Positions 40,895 to 50,232 of a stretch of DNA of 64,000 bases are shown here, piece after piece (within the stretch, counting starts at the first letter, position 1; every line of letters starts with the position of its first letter). The DNA is from Dehalococcoidia bacterium (lineage in GTDB: Bacteria; Chloroflexota; Dehalococcoidia; Lucifugimonadales; UBA3495): positions 7,063-71,062 of the forward strand of contig CBDCEX010000015.1 in assembly GCA_965216025.1 (NCBI GenBank), in the 5' to 3' direction. The notes under the pieces were generated by a model. The model was given only the letters and a program-made list of their open reading frames with translations. It had not been told where the DNA came from and ran no database searches. The position numbers and the translations under genes are program-made.

Positions 40895-40970
40895 GATATG
40901 TCACTCCTCGTTCTGGAACCGCTTGGCCTGGCGTATACCAGTGATCGGCGGGGTGGAACATAACACTGGC

Positions 40971-41810
40971 TTAGCTGTCCCTGAAGGACTCCAGCCTGGG
41001 TATGTGGTATCGGTCTTCAGGATTCACCCAGCCCCTGAAGTTGGGCTGGCGTTTTTCAGCGAATGCTCTTCGGGATTCCATCAGGTCTGATTTGTCGCCG
41101 TGTTCGTGAAGGGCTTCTGCCAACCGGCTTAAATCGGGAGCGACTGCAGGACGCATCTGCCGCATCATGTAAACAGTATTGACCCTAGACGCGGGAGGCA
41201 GAGTGAGCAGGTGCTCTGCCATCTCGAATGCAGTGGGTAGCAGCTCTTCCGGCTCAACCAAACGATTGAGGTACCCGACCTCGTAAAGCCGCTGGGCAGT
41301 AAAACGGAACCCGAGAGCCATTTCGGTCGCAATAGGGTGGGGGAGGCCGGCAAACAAACCGTGGTTATAGCCGCCCAGTAGCCACCTTTTAGCTTCAGAC
41401 ACCTCGAACACCGCGCTGGGAACTGCAACGCGCAGGTCAGTACGCTCCACCAACATAAACCCACCGCCCATGGCATACCCGTTGACGGCGGCGATGACTG
41501 GCTTGTCTATCGTCCCGTCGTTGAAGGGGTTGCTAATTGGATGGGCAGCACTTCCCGGGGCCCCCCGTTCCAAAGCCTCTTTCATGTCTTCTCCGGCACA
41601 AAAGGCACGCCCAGTACCGGTAAACACGGCAACCTCTAAATCTGGGTTGTCTTTGAACTCGTTAAAAGCCGCCGCAAGCTCAGTACGGAGCTCCACCCCT
41701 AATGCATTCATGCGTTCAGGTCGATTCAGCTGAATCAGCATGATTTGACCTTTTCGTTCAGTATTGACTACTGCCATATTTTTTCCTCCAGTTTCGGATT
41801 GGCTGACCAT
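40971..41810 (-). CDS. enoyl-CoA hydratase/isomerase (crotonase) family protein
   Basis: ..LNRPERMNAL.., ..FTGTGRAFCAGEDM.., ..AAVNGYAMGGG.. Confidence 0.85.
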   Translation of the reverse strand: MVSQSETGGKNMAVVNTERKGQIMLIQLNRPERMNALGVELRTELAAAFNEFKDNPDLEVAVFTGTGRAFCAGEDMKEALERGAPGSAAHPISNPFNDGTIDKPVIAAVNGYAMGGGFMLVERTDLRVAVPSAVFEVSEAKRWLLGGYNHGLFAGLPHPIATEMALGFRFTAQRLYEVGYLNRLVEPEELLPTAFEMAEHLLTLPPASRVNTVYMMRQMRPAVAPDLSRLAEALHEHGDKSDLMESRRAFAEKRQPNFRGWVNPEDRYHIPRLESFRDS

Positions 41811-41861
41811 TTTGTTAAAGTAAAAATCAGTAAAACTTATAAAACGCCGAACATCTGAACC

Positions 41862-42338
41862 TCATTGGCCGGGGTGGCTTGGCAACTCGCCGCGGAACTC
41901 CTGGTACAAGCGCTGAACATTGAGTAAGACCCGCTCCGGCTCTACCCGGTCGGCGTACCGTCCCAGGCGGATGGCCCGGCTAGTCTCCTCAGCGCTTGCG
42001 CCCCGTTCAAAATGTAATCGAGACGTTCGCTTTACCAAACGGATGTACTCCAAGGTCTTGCTAACCACCTCCTTGCCGCTCACGGGCCCATGTCCCGGCG
42101 TGCCGGGACCCGACGTCGTCAGGCACGCCACCGGTTTGCCCGAAGCCCGGGCGTAGCCGTAGGCCATGAAGGCCGCGCCCTCCTCGTGCCGGGTATCTAT
42201 GAACTTGATGTTATCCCGGCCGTAGAGTTCGGTGACAATACTATTGGTGGTGGTGCCCACCAGTCCAAAGACATATTCCACGCCTTCGGCCCGCAGCGAT
42301 TCGACGATTGCCCGCCCGGCAGCCATGTTTGCCATCAA
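41862..42338 (-). pseudogene. thiamine-diphosphate enzyme (acetolactate-synthase-like), N-terminal domain only
   Basis: ..AIVESLRAEGVEYVFGLVGTT..HEEGAAFMAYGYARASGKPVACLTTSGPG matches the TPP_enzyme_N pattern and then diverges. 158 aa against the ~550 aa expected for this family. Confidence 0.55.
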
Positions 42339-42787
42339 ATACCTTGCTAAACATCAAACTCGAATTGAATCCCATCCGGGTATTAGCCGGTCCGGTGCTC
42401 GATTCAACGAAGGAGCAAACCCGCCGAACAAACCCTATTGGGCTGCCGGTCTATTCTAGCACCGGGTGGCAACGGGCGCGGGGAACCAGCCGGCCATGAC
42501 GTCGCTATGAAGGTTTCCGAAGTGGGCATCGCGGTACACAGGTTGGCCGCGGGTGTACATCTGGATCATTCCCGGCGTCGATGTCGAAGCCCAGTGCTAC
42601 CTGCATACCTCACACTATGCTGCACAAGGGTGGTACCGCCGGCGGAGCGGATTATTCAATTAAACAAGCCGTTCCACTCTCAGCTTTCAGTTCAATTGCC
42701 AGGAGCCTATCCCCGAAACCCTGAATGCTCTAATCGGCGCCATCTACCAAAGATGACTCATCGGAGGCCAGATAGAGTACACCCTAG

Positions 42788-42958
42788 AGGTCTGGCCGGA
42801 AAGCCATTGGCCGGGTTTCGCGCTACGCCAGACAGACGTATTATAGTCTTATATGTCATGATAGTGTCTGTAATACGGTTCAAGAACCCACTGTTACATC
42901 GACAATCGTCGCTAAGAAAACGACGACTTGGGGAGAATCGGGGTTTCCGTCCGAGTTT
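42788..42958. mobile_element. 170-bp MITE-like element, copy 2
   Basis: Aligns over its full length with 7121..7290 (roughly 80% by eye). Flanked by CTAG (42784-42787 and 42959-42962). The right terminal repeat is degraded. Confidence 0.6.
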
Positions 42959-43311
42959 CTAGGCGATGTCTTCTGATACCCCGACCCGGTTCAGAGGTAT
43001 CCGCTGGATTCATTGCTTCGACTGGATGGGACCGACGTGGCCAGGAACATGGATGTCACTCAGGAGATGGGTCCGATCCCCCCACTGGATGCTTATTTTT
43101 GCGTCGCTGGTGTACTCGAGGCGCAAACGATCGTCCCCAACATTAACCGCTGGCCCACACAACGCGGGCGGCTGGGGACGGGGTGATCTGGATTCTGACC
43201 GAAGCGTTTTCTGCCCGGGTCTCATACGCTCCGAGTTCGCGAGTAGACTGCCATGCGTCCGGCATAGCGGTGGCATTATAATGTCCCTGTAATGATGCAG
43301 GAGTATGATTT

Positions 43312-44088
43312 ATGCCTTACTTAGAACTTCGCGGCGTGCGCCTGTGGTTTGAGGACTCCGGTGTTAACCACCCCCCCGTTATCTTCTTGCACGCCGCCTC
43401 CGGCACCTTCGAAAGCTGGGTATATCAGTTGCCGGCTTTCACCCAGGCGGGCTTTCGCTGCATTACCTACGATCGGCGCGGCTGGGGTCGTTCCCAGCCC
43501 ATGGATACTGGAGATCAGCCTGGCTGCGGGAGTTTGGATCTCCACGGGTTGGTGGATCACCTGGCGCTGGACAGTTTTCATTTGGTGGCCACCGCTGCCG
43601 GCGGTATCGTCGCACTGGACTACGCGCTGACCTTCCCGGAGCGGGTCCGTGCCTTGGTGGTGGCCAACAGCATCGGCGGCATCCAGGATCCGGAATACCT
43701 AGAGGTGCAGCACCGGTTGCGGCCGTCCCAAATACAGGACCTGCCCATCGAGTTGCGCGAGGTAGGACCGTCCTACCGGGGGACCAACCCCGAGGGGACG
43801 CAACTGTGGGTCGAGATCGAGCGTTCCAGCCGCCAGGGTGACACCCACGGACCGGCCCAACTGCTTCAGAATCCAATGACCTACGACCGGCTTGCCACCA
43901 TGGGCGTCCCAACCCTGATCATCTCAGGCGGGGCCGACCTGCTGTCGTCGCCGGCCTTGATGCGGATGATGGCCGCGCCCATCCCAGGCCACAAGTGGGC
44001 TTCCATCCCGGAAGCGGGTCACGCCTCATTCTGGGAAGAGCCGGACACCTGGAACCGGCTGGCGCTAGACTTCCTGGCCGATAAGTAG
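43312..44088 (+). CDS. alpha/beta hydrolase fold protein lacking the canonical nucleophile
   Basis: ..VIFLHAASGTFESW.., elbow HLVATAAGG in place of G-x-S-x-G. The acid (GGADLL) and His (EAGHASFWE) motifs are retained. Confidence 0.7.
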   Translation: MPYLELRGVRLWFEDSGVNHPPVIFLHAASGTFESWVYQLPAFTQAGFRCITYDRRGWGRSQPMDTGDQPGCGSLDLHGLVDHLALDSFHLVATAAGGIVALDYALTFPERVRALVVANSIGGIQDPEYLEVQHRLRPSQIQDLPIELREVGPSYRGTNPEGTQLWVEIERSSRQGDTHGPAQLLQNPMTYDRLATMGVPTLIISGGADLLSSPALMRMMAAPIPGHKWASIPEAGHASFWEEPDTWNRLALDFLADK

Positions 44089-44377
44089 GCGGCTACCCCA
44101 ACCTGTCCTCCACCCCAGGGAGTAGAATTACATCTAACAGGTTGAATTACTAGAGAATCGGAAAAGGCGAGCTCTCCCGAATCTGGCAGCCGCGGTCGTG
44201 GGAAATTAAGCCGCAATCAGGCCCTTGGTCTCGCATGGTTGGCGGCAAACCCGATATGCTGGTTCAGTTCGCCGAAAAATTGCCGGAACATGCAGCCTAA
44301 TGGCCCTGCGACTAACCAAGAGGTGAGGTTCGACTAAATAACTGAACACGCGCAAATCCAAACGGAGGAGTAGAGCC

Positions 44378-45259
44378 TTGACCATCAAGACCATAGCGAT
44401 CATCAGCCCGGGAGACATGGGGAGCGGAATCGGAAAAGCACTTGTCCATGAGGGTTATCAAGTCCTTACGTGCTTAGAAGGAAGAAGTACCCTTACAAAA
44501 GAATTGGCACAAAAAGCAGGGTTTCAAGACACGCCAAATCTTGCCACGCTACTAAGCCAAGCAGATTGTCTGATTTCTATTGTACCTCCTGAATCGGCGC
44601 TTTCTGTTGCCCAAGGCATCGCAGGACAAATCCAGAGCGCAAATCCTGGACTGCTCTACGTGGATTGCAACGCGATCGCTCCTCAAACAACCCTAAAGAT
44701 AGCAGAAATTATTGACGGTGCAGGAGGACGCTATGTAGATGGCGGAATCATAGGTTCTTCACCTGAAAGGAGGGGGCTGACCCGTGTCTACCTCTCGGGC
44801 CCTGACACGTCCGAACTGTTAGAGCTACATGGTCAAAATATTGATTTCCGCAACTTGGGAGATGAAATAGGGGCGGCTTCAGCTCTGAAAATGTGCTATG
44901 CATCTCAAACGAAAGGCACCACTGCGCTATGGCTTCACTCACTCATCACTGCGCAATCTCTTGGTGTTCTTGATACCCTGCGAAAAGAATGGACATCGAG
45001 CCATCCAGCATTATGGGGGCGTATGGAAGACAATATTCCCACTGTACCTCACAGGGCTGGAAGGTGGATAGGTGAAATGAAAGAAATTGCGCTCACCATG
45101 GAAGGAATAGGGTTGACTCCTGACGCTTTTGACGGAGCAGCTGCCATGTATGAATTAGTAGACGCAGTGTTTCATCAGAAGGGCTACAGCGAAGAGCCAC
45201 CGATACTGGAGGTGCTCACCATGATCGAAGACCATCTCAATAACCACAACGGGATCTGA
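44378..45259 (+). CDS. NAD(P)-binding oxidoreductase (6-PGDH NAD-binding + DUF1932-like)
   Basis: TTG start with GGAGGAG RBS. IAIISPGDMGSGIGKAL Rossmann motif. Locally lower GC. Confidence 0.65.
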   Translation: MTIKTIAIISPGDMGSGIGKALVHEGYQVLTCLEGRSTLTKELAQKAGFQDTPNLATLLSQADCLISIVPPESALSVAQGIAGQIQSANPGLLYVDCNAIAPQTTLKIAEIIDGAGGRYVDGGIIGSSPERRGLTRVYLSGPDTSELLELHGQNIDFRNLGDEIGAASALKMCYASQTKGTTALWLHSLITAQSLGVLDTLRKEWTSSHPALWGRMEDNIPTVPHRAGRWIGEMKEIALTMEGIGLTPDAFDGAAAMYELVDAVFHQKGYSEEPPILEVLTMIEDHLNNHNGI

Positions 45260-45426
45260 AATTATCTCGCATTTGCGAACTTTGCAGGCCTTCGCAGAGA
45301 TATGAGACTCCGTCTGCACGTTGGTTGGCCGTCAGGTGGCGCCGTCTGGGCGGAGGACGGCAAAGCACTTGTTGGAGTTGAAGATGTAGGTCTTCCCCGG
45401 CGGGATAGGAGTAGCCCATCAACCTT

Positions 45427-46014
45427 ATGCAGCAGCTATGGACGGGTGAAGAGGTAACATTCGAAGGCGAACTCTGGCAAGTCCTTGAAGCCAGAATGGC
45501 GATAACTCCAGTTCAGAAACCCCACCCGCCTATTTGGATCGCAGCTCAAAGCGCCGGAGCCGCCCACCGGGCTGCCAATGTAAGGGATGCCTGTCTAATC
45601 GGTCATCAGCCAATCTGGGAGGACTTTCGGTTCCTGGCCGGTAAATACCGGCAGGCCCTTGTAGAGGTGGGCAAAGGTTCTCGGGGTTTATTGGCAGCCA
45701 ACCGGTCCATGGCCATCGCCAAAGACCGAGAAACGGCAGTGTCCCAGGCGAAACTTGCCGGCGAGGCCAAGGCCGGAATGTACTCCTCATTCAACATACA
45801 AGAAGCCACCACCGTGGGCCTGGGGCTTGGTGGGTCTCGGGACCTCTTCCCACCGACCGTAAGAAGGACATCGGAAGTGCTGGCGGCGTCCAAAGACCGG
45901 ACCTCCTTATCAGAACTCGGATGCTCCCGAAGGCCTGTCGCCAACGTGTTTTTAGGGAGTTTTAGTCCCAAAGTACCTGAACTCGAGGATGAAGGCTCGT
46001 CATACCACCTTTAA
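45427..46014 (+). pseudogene. luciferase-like (LLM) flavin monooxygenase, C-terminal fragment
   Basis: ..LWTGEEVTFEGELWQV..PVQKPHPPIWIAAQS.. is the C-terminal half of LLM oxidoreductases. There is no N-terminal half upstream. Confidence 0.6.
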
Positions 46015-46419
46015 CATTGTAGAATCGCCCCCGGCAAGCGGTCCCTCTAACCTGAGGTCTGGCCGATTGGCCGCCGATAGTGATATTGATTATCTGGGCA
46101 CCAGGCGAGTCTGCGTCGGCGCATGCCTCTCGGTTTGGTATCGCTCAATGAATCCCGAACTCGGGAACCTGGCGAACCTCCTGATTGTTAGCTACAACTA
46201 ACCCTTAACTTCTCCGTGCCTGCCTAGATTCAGCATCACGGCCTACATCATTCGTCGCGGTACTCTTCCCCAACAGCGCCCGACTATACAACATTAGTTG
46301 TAGTGGGCCGTGAGTAAGCGCCGGTTTTCCTGTTTTGGGATTTACACAATTCCGCCGATGTTGGTTTTCACTTCCCCCGGTAACCTGATACCAACACAGA
46401 TAAGCAGGAGGAACTGAAG

Positions 46420-46617
46420 ATGGCCACGCTAAACAGCCCGGTCGATTTCCAGATACCCGCCAGTGAAAATCCCTTGGCACCTGAGGGCCTTTGGTCTCGA
46501 ATCCTCAGTCAATTGGAGGGTTTGTTCGGAAAGGCGTGGAATTATCTGAACGAAGACATGGGACCGGCAGACATAGACGACAACAATCAACCTACCGGTG
46601 GCTGCTGCTGTCTGTAA
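46420..46617 (+). CDS. small peptide ending ..PTGGCCCL (possible precursor peptide)
   Basis: AGGAGG 8 nt upstream of ATG. 65 aa with an acidic C-terminal half, a Gly-Gly and a terminal CCCL. Confidence 0.45.
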   Translation: MATLNSPVDFQIPASENPLAPEGLWSRILSQLEGLFGKAWNYLNEDMGPADIDDNNQPTGGCCCL

Positions 46618-46625
46618 CCAAAGGT

Positions 46626-47231
46626 CTAATTTTCTAGAGCCAGCCCCTCTCGCAAGGCGTAACGGGCAGCCTCGGTTCGATTACTGACACCGATCTTGTC
46701 ATAGATGTTGCTAACGTGGCGGCGTACGGTACTTTCAGTGATGACCAGTTCTTGACCAATGTCGCGGTTGCTTTTACCCTGAGTTATTAGTTGAAGCACC
46801 TCTACTTCACGGCGAGTCAAATTATCTGGATGGCTATGTGGAGCAGCGACAACTGATTCTAGTCCTTCCAACCGGTTCTGGACTCGCTCCATTAAGGGAC
46901 GCATGCCGAGTTCGGTTGAGATGGACCGCGATTCTTCCAGCAGCGATATAGCCCTCTCTCGGTCGCCGGGCTCGTCTCTTTGCAGGAGAGTGTCGGCGTA
47001 GTCGCAGCAGGTCCAGGCCAGCTCAGGGTGGTATCCGGCCTCGCGGCAGAAAGCCAAGGCATCGTCGAAATGGTCTTTTGCCTGGTTCAGATTGCCCATT
47101 GTGTGGGCCACTAACCCTAGCGCACGGTCAGCAGATAGGGCAAATAGCGTCATCGTGTTGCGGTAAGGTTCGAGTGCTGAGTACTGCTCGGCGGCCATAT
47201 CCCCATCGGACATTTCGGCAGCAAGAAAGCC
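46626..47231 (-). pseudogene. LuxR-family regulator, C-terminal fragment (TPR-like + HTH), cut by IS630 copy D
   Basis: ..LTRREVEVLQLITQGKSNRDIGQELVITESTVRRHVSNIYDKIGVSNR.. is a LuxR/FixJ-type HTH. The frame stays open up to the IS end at 47233. Confidence 0.7.
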
Positions 47232-48390
47232 TAAACCAAAGCCAAGGTGGGAACTACATTTTGCAGCGATGGCAAAGGTAGGGAAGGTGTAAAAATCAAT
47301 GCATCGGCTCGAGCTTGTAACAGGGTTCGGCAGCGATGTTTCACTTCATCCTTACGGTGAGCTAGTCCGCCGAAGAATGCATTCATCTTCTCTTGGACTT
47401 GGGCTTTTGTTCCCAGGCATTCGTTGGCCGTGACCTCTTCCCTGGCCCAGTCCCAGACGGCTTCGTCGGCATTGAAGTCTGGGCTGTAGGCCGGTAAGGC
47501 CACCAGCCTCAGCTGCAAGTCAGGGGTGGTCAAATAGCTGCGAATCGCTGCTCCTCGGTGGGCTGGCCCATTGTCCCAAATCACTACCAGAGGTCCAGGA
47601 TGTTTTTCTCTTAGCTGCCGTAAAAAGGCGGTGGAGGTCTCGGCATTGCTGTTGCCGGCTATTTCCATGGCTTCCACCTCCCCAGCCTCCAAGCAAACTC
47701 CCGAGTAGTAGCAGGCCTTCTCTCCCCACCGAGGACTGGTAGAGTCCACCAGCGCCGGCTCTCCCTTGAGCACCCATTTCCCCCTCAGATCGGCATCGGC
47801 CCGAAAGTGGGCTTCGTCTACGAAGAAGATTTTGGCCCCACTCTCTTGGGCCTCCTCTCGGATTTGGCTGTACTGGAGGACGAAGGCTTTCCGCGCTTCA
47901 TCCTTGGCTTTCAGGAGGCGTTTCTTGGGTCGCTTCAGCACGAAGCCCAACCGATGGAGGTAGTTCAAGCAACTGCTCCGACTCAACCCCAGGTCAAAGC
48001 TCTGCTTGAGAAATTGCCTCACTACTTTCCAATTCCAGTTGGACAATTCAACTCCCGCCTCTCCAGGCGGATTTTGCACCGCAGACTTCAGTTGGTTCTG
48101 TTGACCCCAGTTCAAGACGGGGGGGAACCCCCAGTCTGTTCAAAGACCAAACCTTGGGCCCCGCCTCGGCGAAAGTTGGCCAGCCAGTTTCCAATGGTAT
48201 GAGGCTCTCTGTCCAAAGCCTCAGCCACCTGGATAGCCGACCACCCTTGGGCCAACAACCATAGCCCGTGCCATCGCTCTCGCTCCCGAGGTGTTGGCGC
48301 TCGATACATCCTTTCCCGTAAGTCACCTACATTGAATTGCCACTCTTCCATGAGTTGCACTATTTCCTTCATCCCTTCCACCACCGCCAA
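47231..48390 (-). CDS. IS630-family transposase, copy D (orfA 48112..48390, orfB 47231..48115)
   Basis: Same C7 run and +1 architecture as the other copies. Confidence 0.85.
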
Positions 48391-48462
48391 TCGATTTCTT
48401 TTACAGAATATCGCAACTCCCCTGCCGGTTCGCTTTATGTAGGTTTCACCTTAGCTTTGGTT
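47234..48462 (-). mobile_element. IS630-family IS, type 1, copy D (1229 bp)
   Basis: TA at 47232-47233 and 48463-48464 within C-TA..TA-G. The flanks do not join into one reading frame. Confidence 0.9.
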
Positions 48463-49109
48463 TAGAAGCCGTGGTTTCAAATTTTTCAAGCAGCGCAGTG
48501 TGGAGGAGGCATGCCGAGGTATCGGTAAATAAAAAAAGTAGCTGTAGCCAGGACAAGACTTGGGAATGGTTTAGACAACGACAAGGAAACACGGTCTAGA
48601 CTCCCCGGCAAGTTGGAGTCAACTATGTTTAGAAATCCAAATGGAAATGACCTGGCTGAAGTAACAACGCCCACGTTCATCCAAGTGCCGTGCTTGTGGT
48701 CTTTATCCAATTTAGGGGAGACTCTCGGCCTGCCGCTTCCTGATACAAACCCAACCGACGAAGCCCTTGTTCTAATGCTGGAAGATAAGACGGAGGGTAT
48801 GCTTCAGTCGTGGTGATCGCAACGAATCGGGCGCACTCGTCGGATGGCGGCGTTGTCTCAGCATTTATTCGTTCGTCGCGCTCAGGGTTACGCCAATGCT
48901 CTTCTGGCATCGACCGGAATCGACTCAAGGAGGGCAGGCGACTAAGAATGTTCATTCTCATCTTTCGAGCTGTATCGAAAAACCCCAACTTCAATATAAA
49001 GTATATCGCCCTCCGGTGGCTCGCTGCCAAACCGAAAGCTCCAAAGGTAGAGATAACCAGTCGCGGTGTCGTGGAGTTTACGAATCACTTTGGAATGTGA
49101 CCCGGGGCA

Positions 49110-49400
49110 TCAAACGACCCGATTGCTGGAAAACACCGTCCGGGCTAGGGCGTCTCGGGTGCCGGTGCTAAACCTGGCGTAGATGATCGTGTTCTGGATG
49201 TTCTTATGGCCCAGCCAGTCCTTGGCGAAGTAGATGTCTTCACCGGCGTCCAGGATGTGGGTACCTATGGAGTGTTTCAGGGCGTGAAAGTGCTGCTTCC
49301 CGCTGGGCAAACCCGCGTCTGAACTGTACTTCTTCAATAAGATGCAACAGGGTGTGGCGGTCGATGGAGAACAGTCGGTTGGAGGGGAACAGGGTGGACT
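49110..49400 (-). pseudogene. tyrosine recombinase remnant (C-terminal catalytic region only, frameshifted)
   Basis: ..LLKKYSSDAGLPSGKQHFHALKHSIGTHILDAGEDIYFAKDWLGHKNIQNTIIYARF.. shows the H-x-x-(R->K)-H and LGH..Y motifs. The upstream part is in another frame and the N-terminal domains are absent. Confidence 0.6.
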
Positions 49401-49404
49401 TGGC

Positions 49405-50118
49405 CTAGCGGGTTTCATCCGGTCGCAAGGTAAAACGCCTTGTGGATGGGGGATTATTAAAGACTTCGATGTCCCATCCCTGACCTGTTAATAATCCATC
49501 TCTGGTCACTATTGCGCACTGCACTTTCCCTCCAATCGCCTGGTAATGTGCGTGTATTGTCGAATCGAGCGCCTCCATTACTCTAAGGCTCATCTGGCTA
49601 GGTTCAGAATACCCGCCACTGAGACGTTGTTTATCATCCAAAAGACTGGTGAACATAGCCTCCGCCTGCATATGCCCTCCGATAAGTTGATACGATCGGG
49701 AATAATGGGGGATGAATCTATCGTGGCTGGATAGCTTGAGTATGTGTGGCTCAGTGGTCGGGCCTGTAATTCCAATGAGGCATTCGACGTCTTTGTCTCG
49801 TGGCACCTCTGTGTCGAAGTAACCCCTAACCTAGGTGCCGAATTGGTCTAAACTAAAGCTCCCCAGTCCAGACATGAGCAGCTTTATTTCCTCTAGCGCC
49901 TTTCGGGCACCGGCGACGTCACCTGCAAAAACGGCGCCAGCATTCTTAGCAAGCGGCATTAACTTAAGACCGTCCTCGCATAGCGGGCGTTCCATTTCAT
50001 CGGAATATAGCGAGTCGCCGGCGATTATTATTGCTCGTTCGAACATGCCGGTGCCCGCATTACGTTCAAGATTCCTTAGATCATTGGGCGGGTAGCAAAC
50101 TGCTGCGCATAGGGTCAA
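49405..50118 (-). pseudogene. HslV/proteasome-beta-like Ntn hydrolase with an in-frame TAG
   Basis: GGAG RBS 8 nt before TTG 50118. M-TLCAAV.. gives Thr at position 2, as in HslV. ..AIIIAGDS.., ..AVFAGDVAGA.., ..LIGITG.., ..LIGGHMQAEAMF.. follow the HslV/beta-subunit block pattern. ORFs 49831..50118 and 49405..49806 are in one frame, separated by TAG 49833..49831. Confidence 0.5.
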
Positions 50119-50232
50119 TTCGATCGCTCCGGATGCCTGATGTAGGGGTGCTTTCGTACAAATCCATCATACTCGCAAGGCTCGGAATATCTATATAGTT
50201 AGTTGGGCGTCCAGTCACTCTTAACCAAATAA

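Noticed and set aside
42340-43300. Several 60-170-aa ORFs around MITE copy 2 (42438..42962 +, 42966..43292 +, 43010..43276 -)
   Set aside because: They show no recognisable motifs and no RBS, and one reads straight through the MITE. They are probably non-coding or unrecognisable gene debris.
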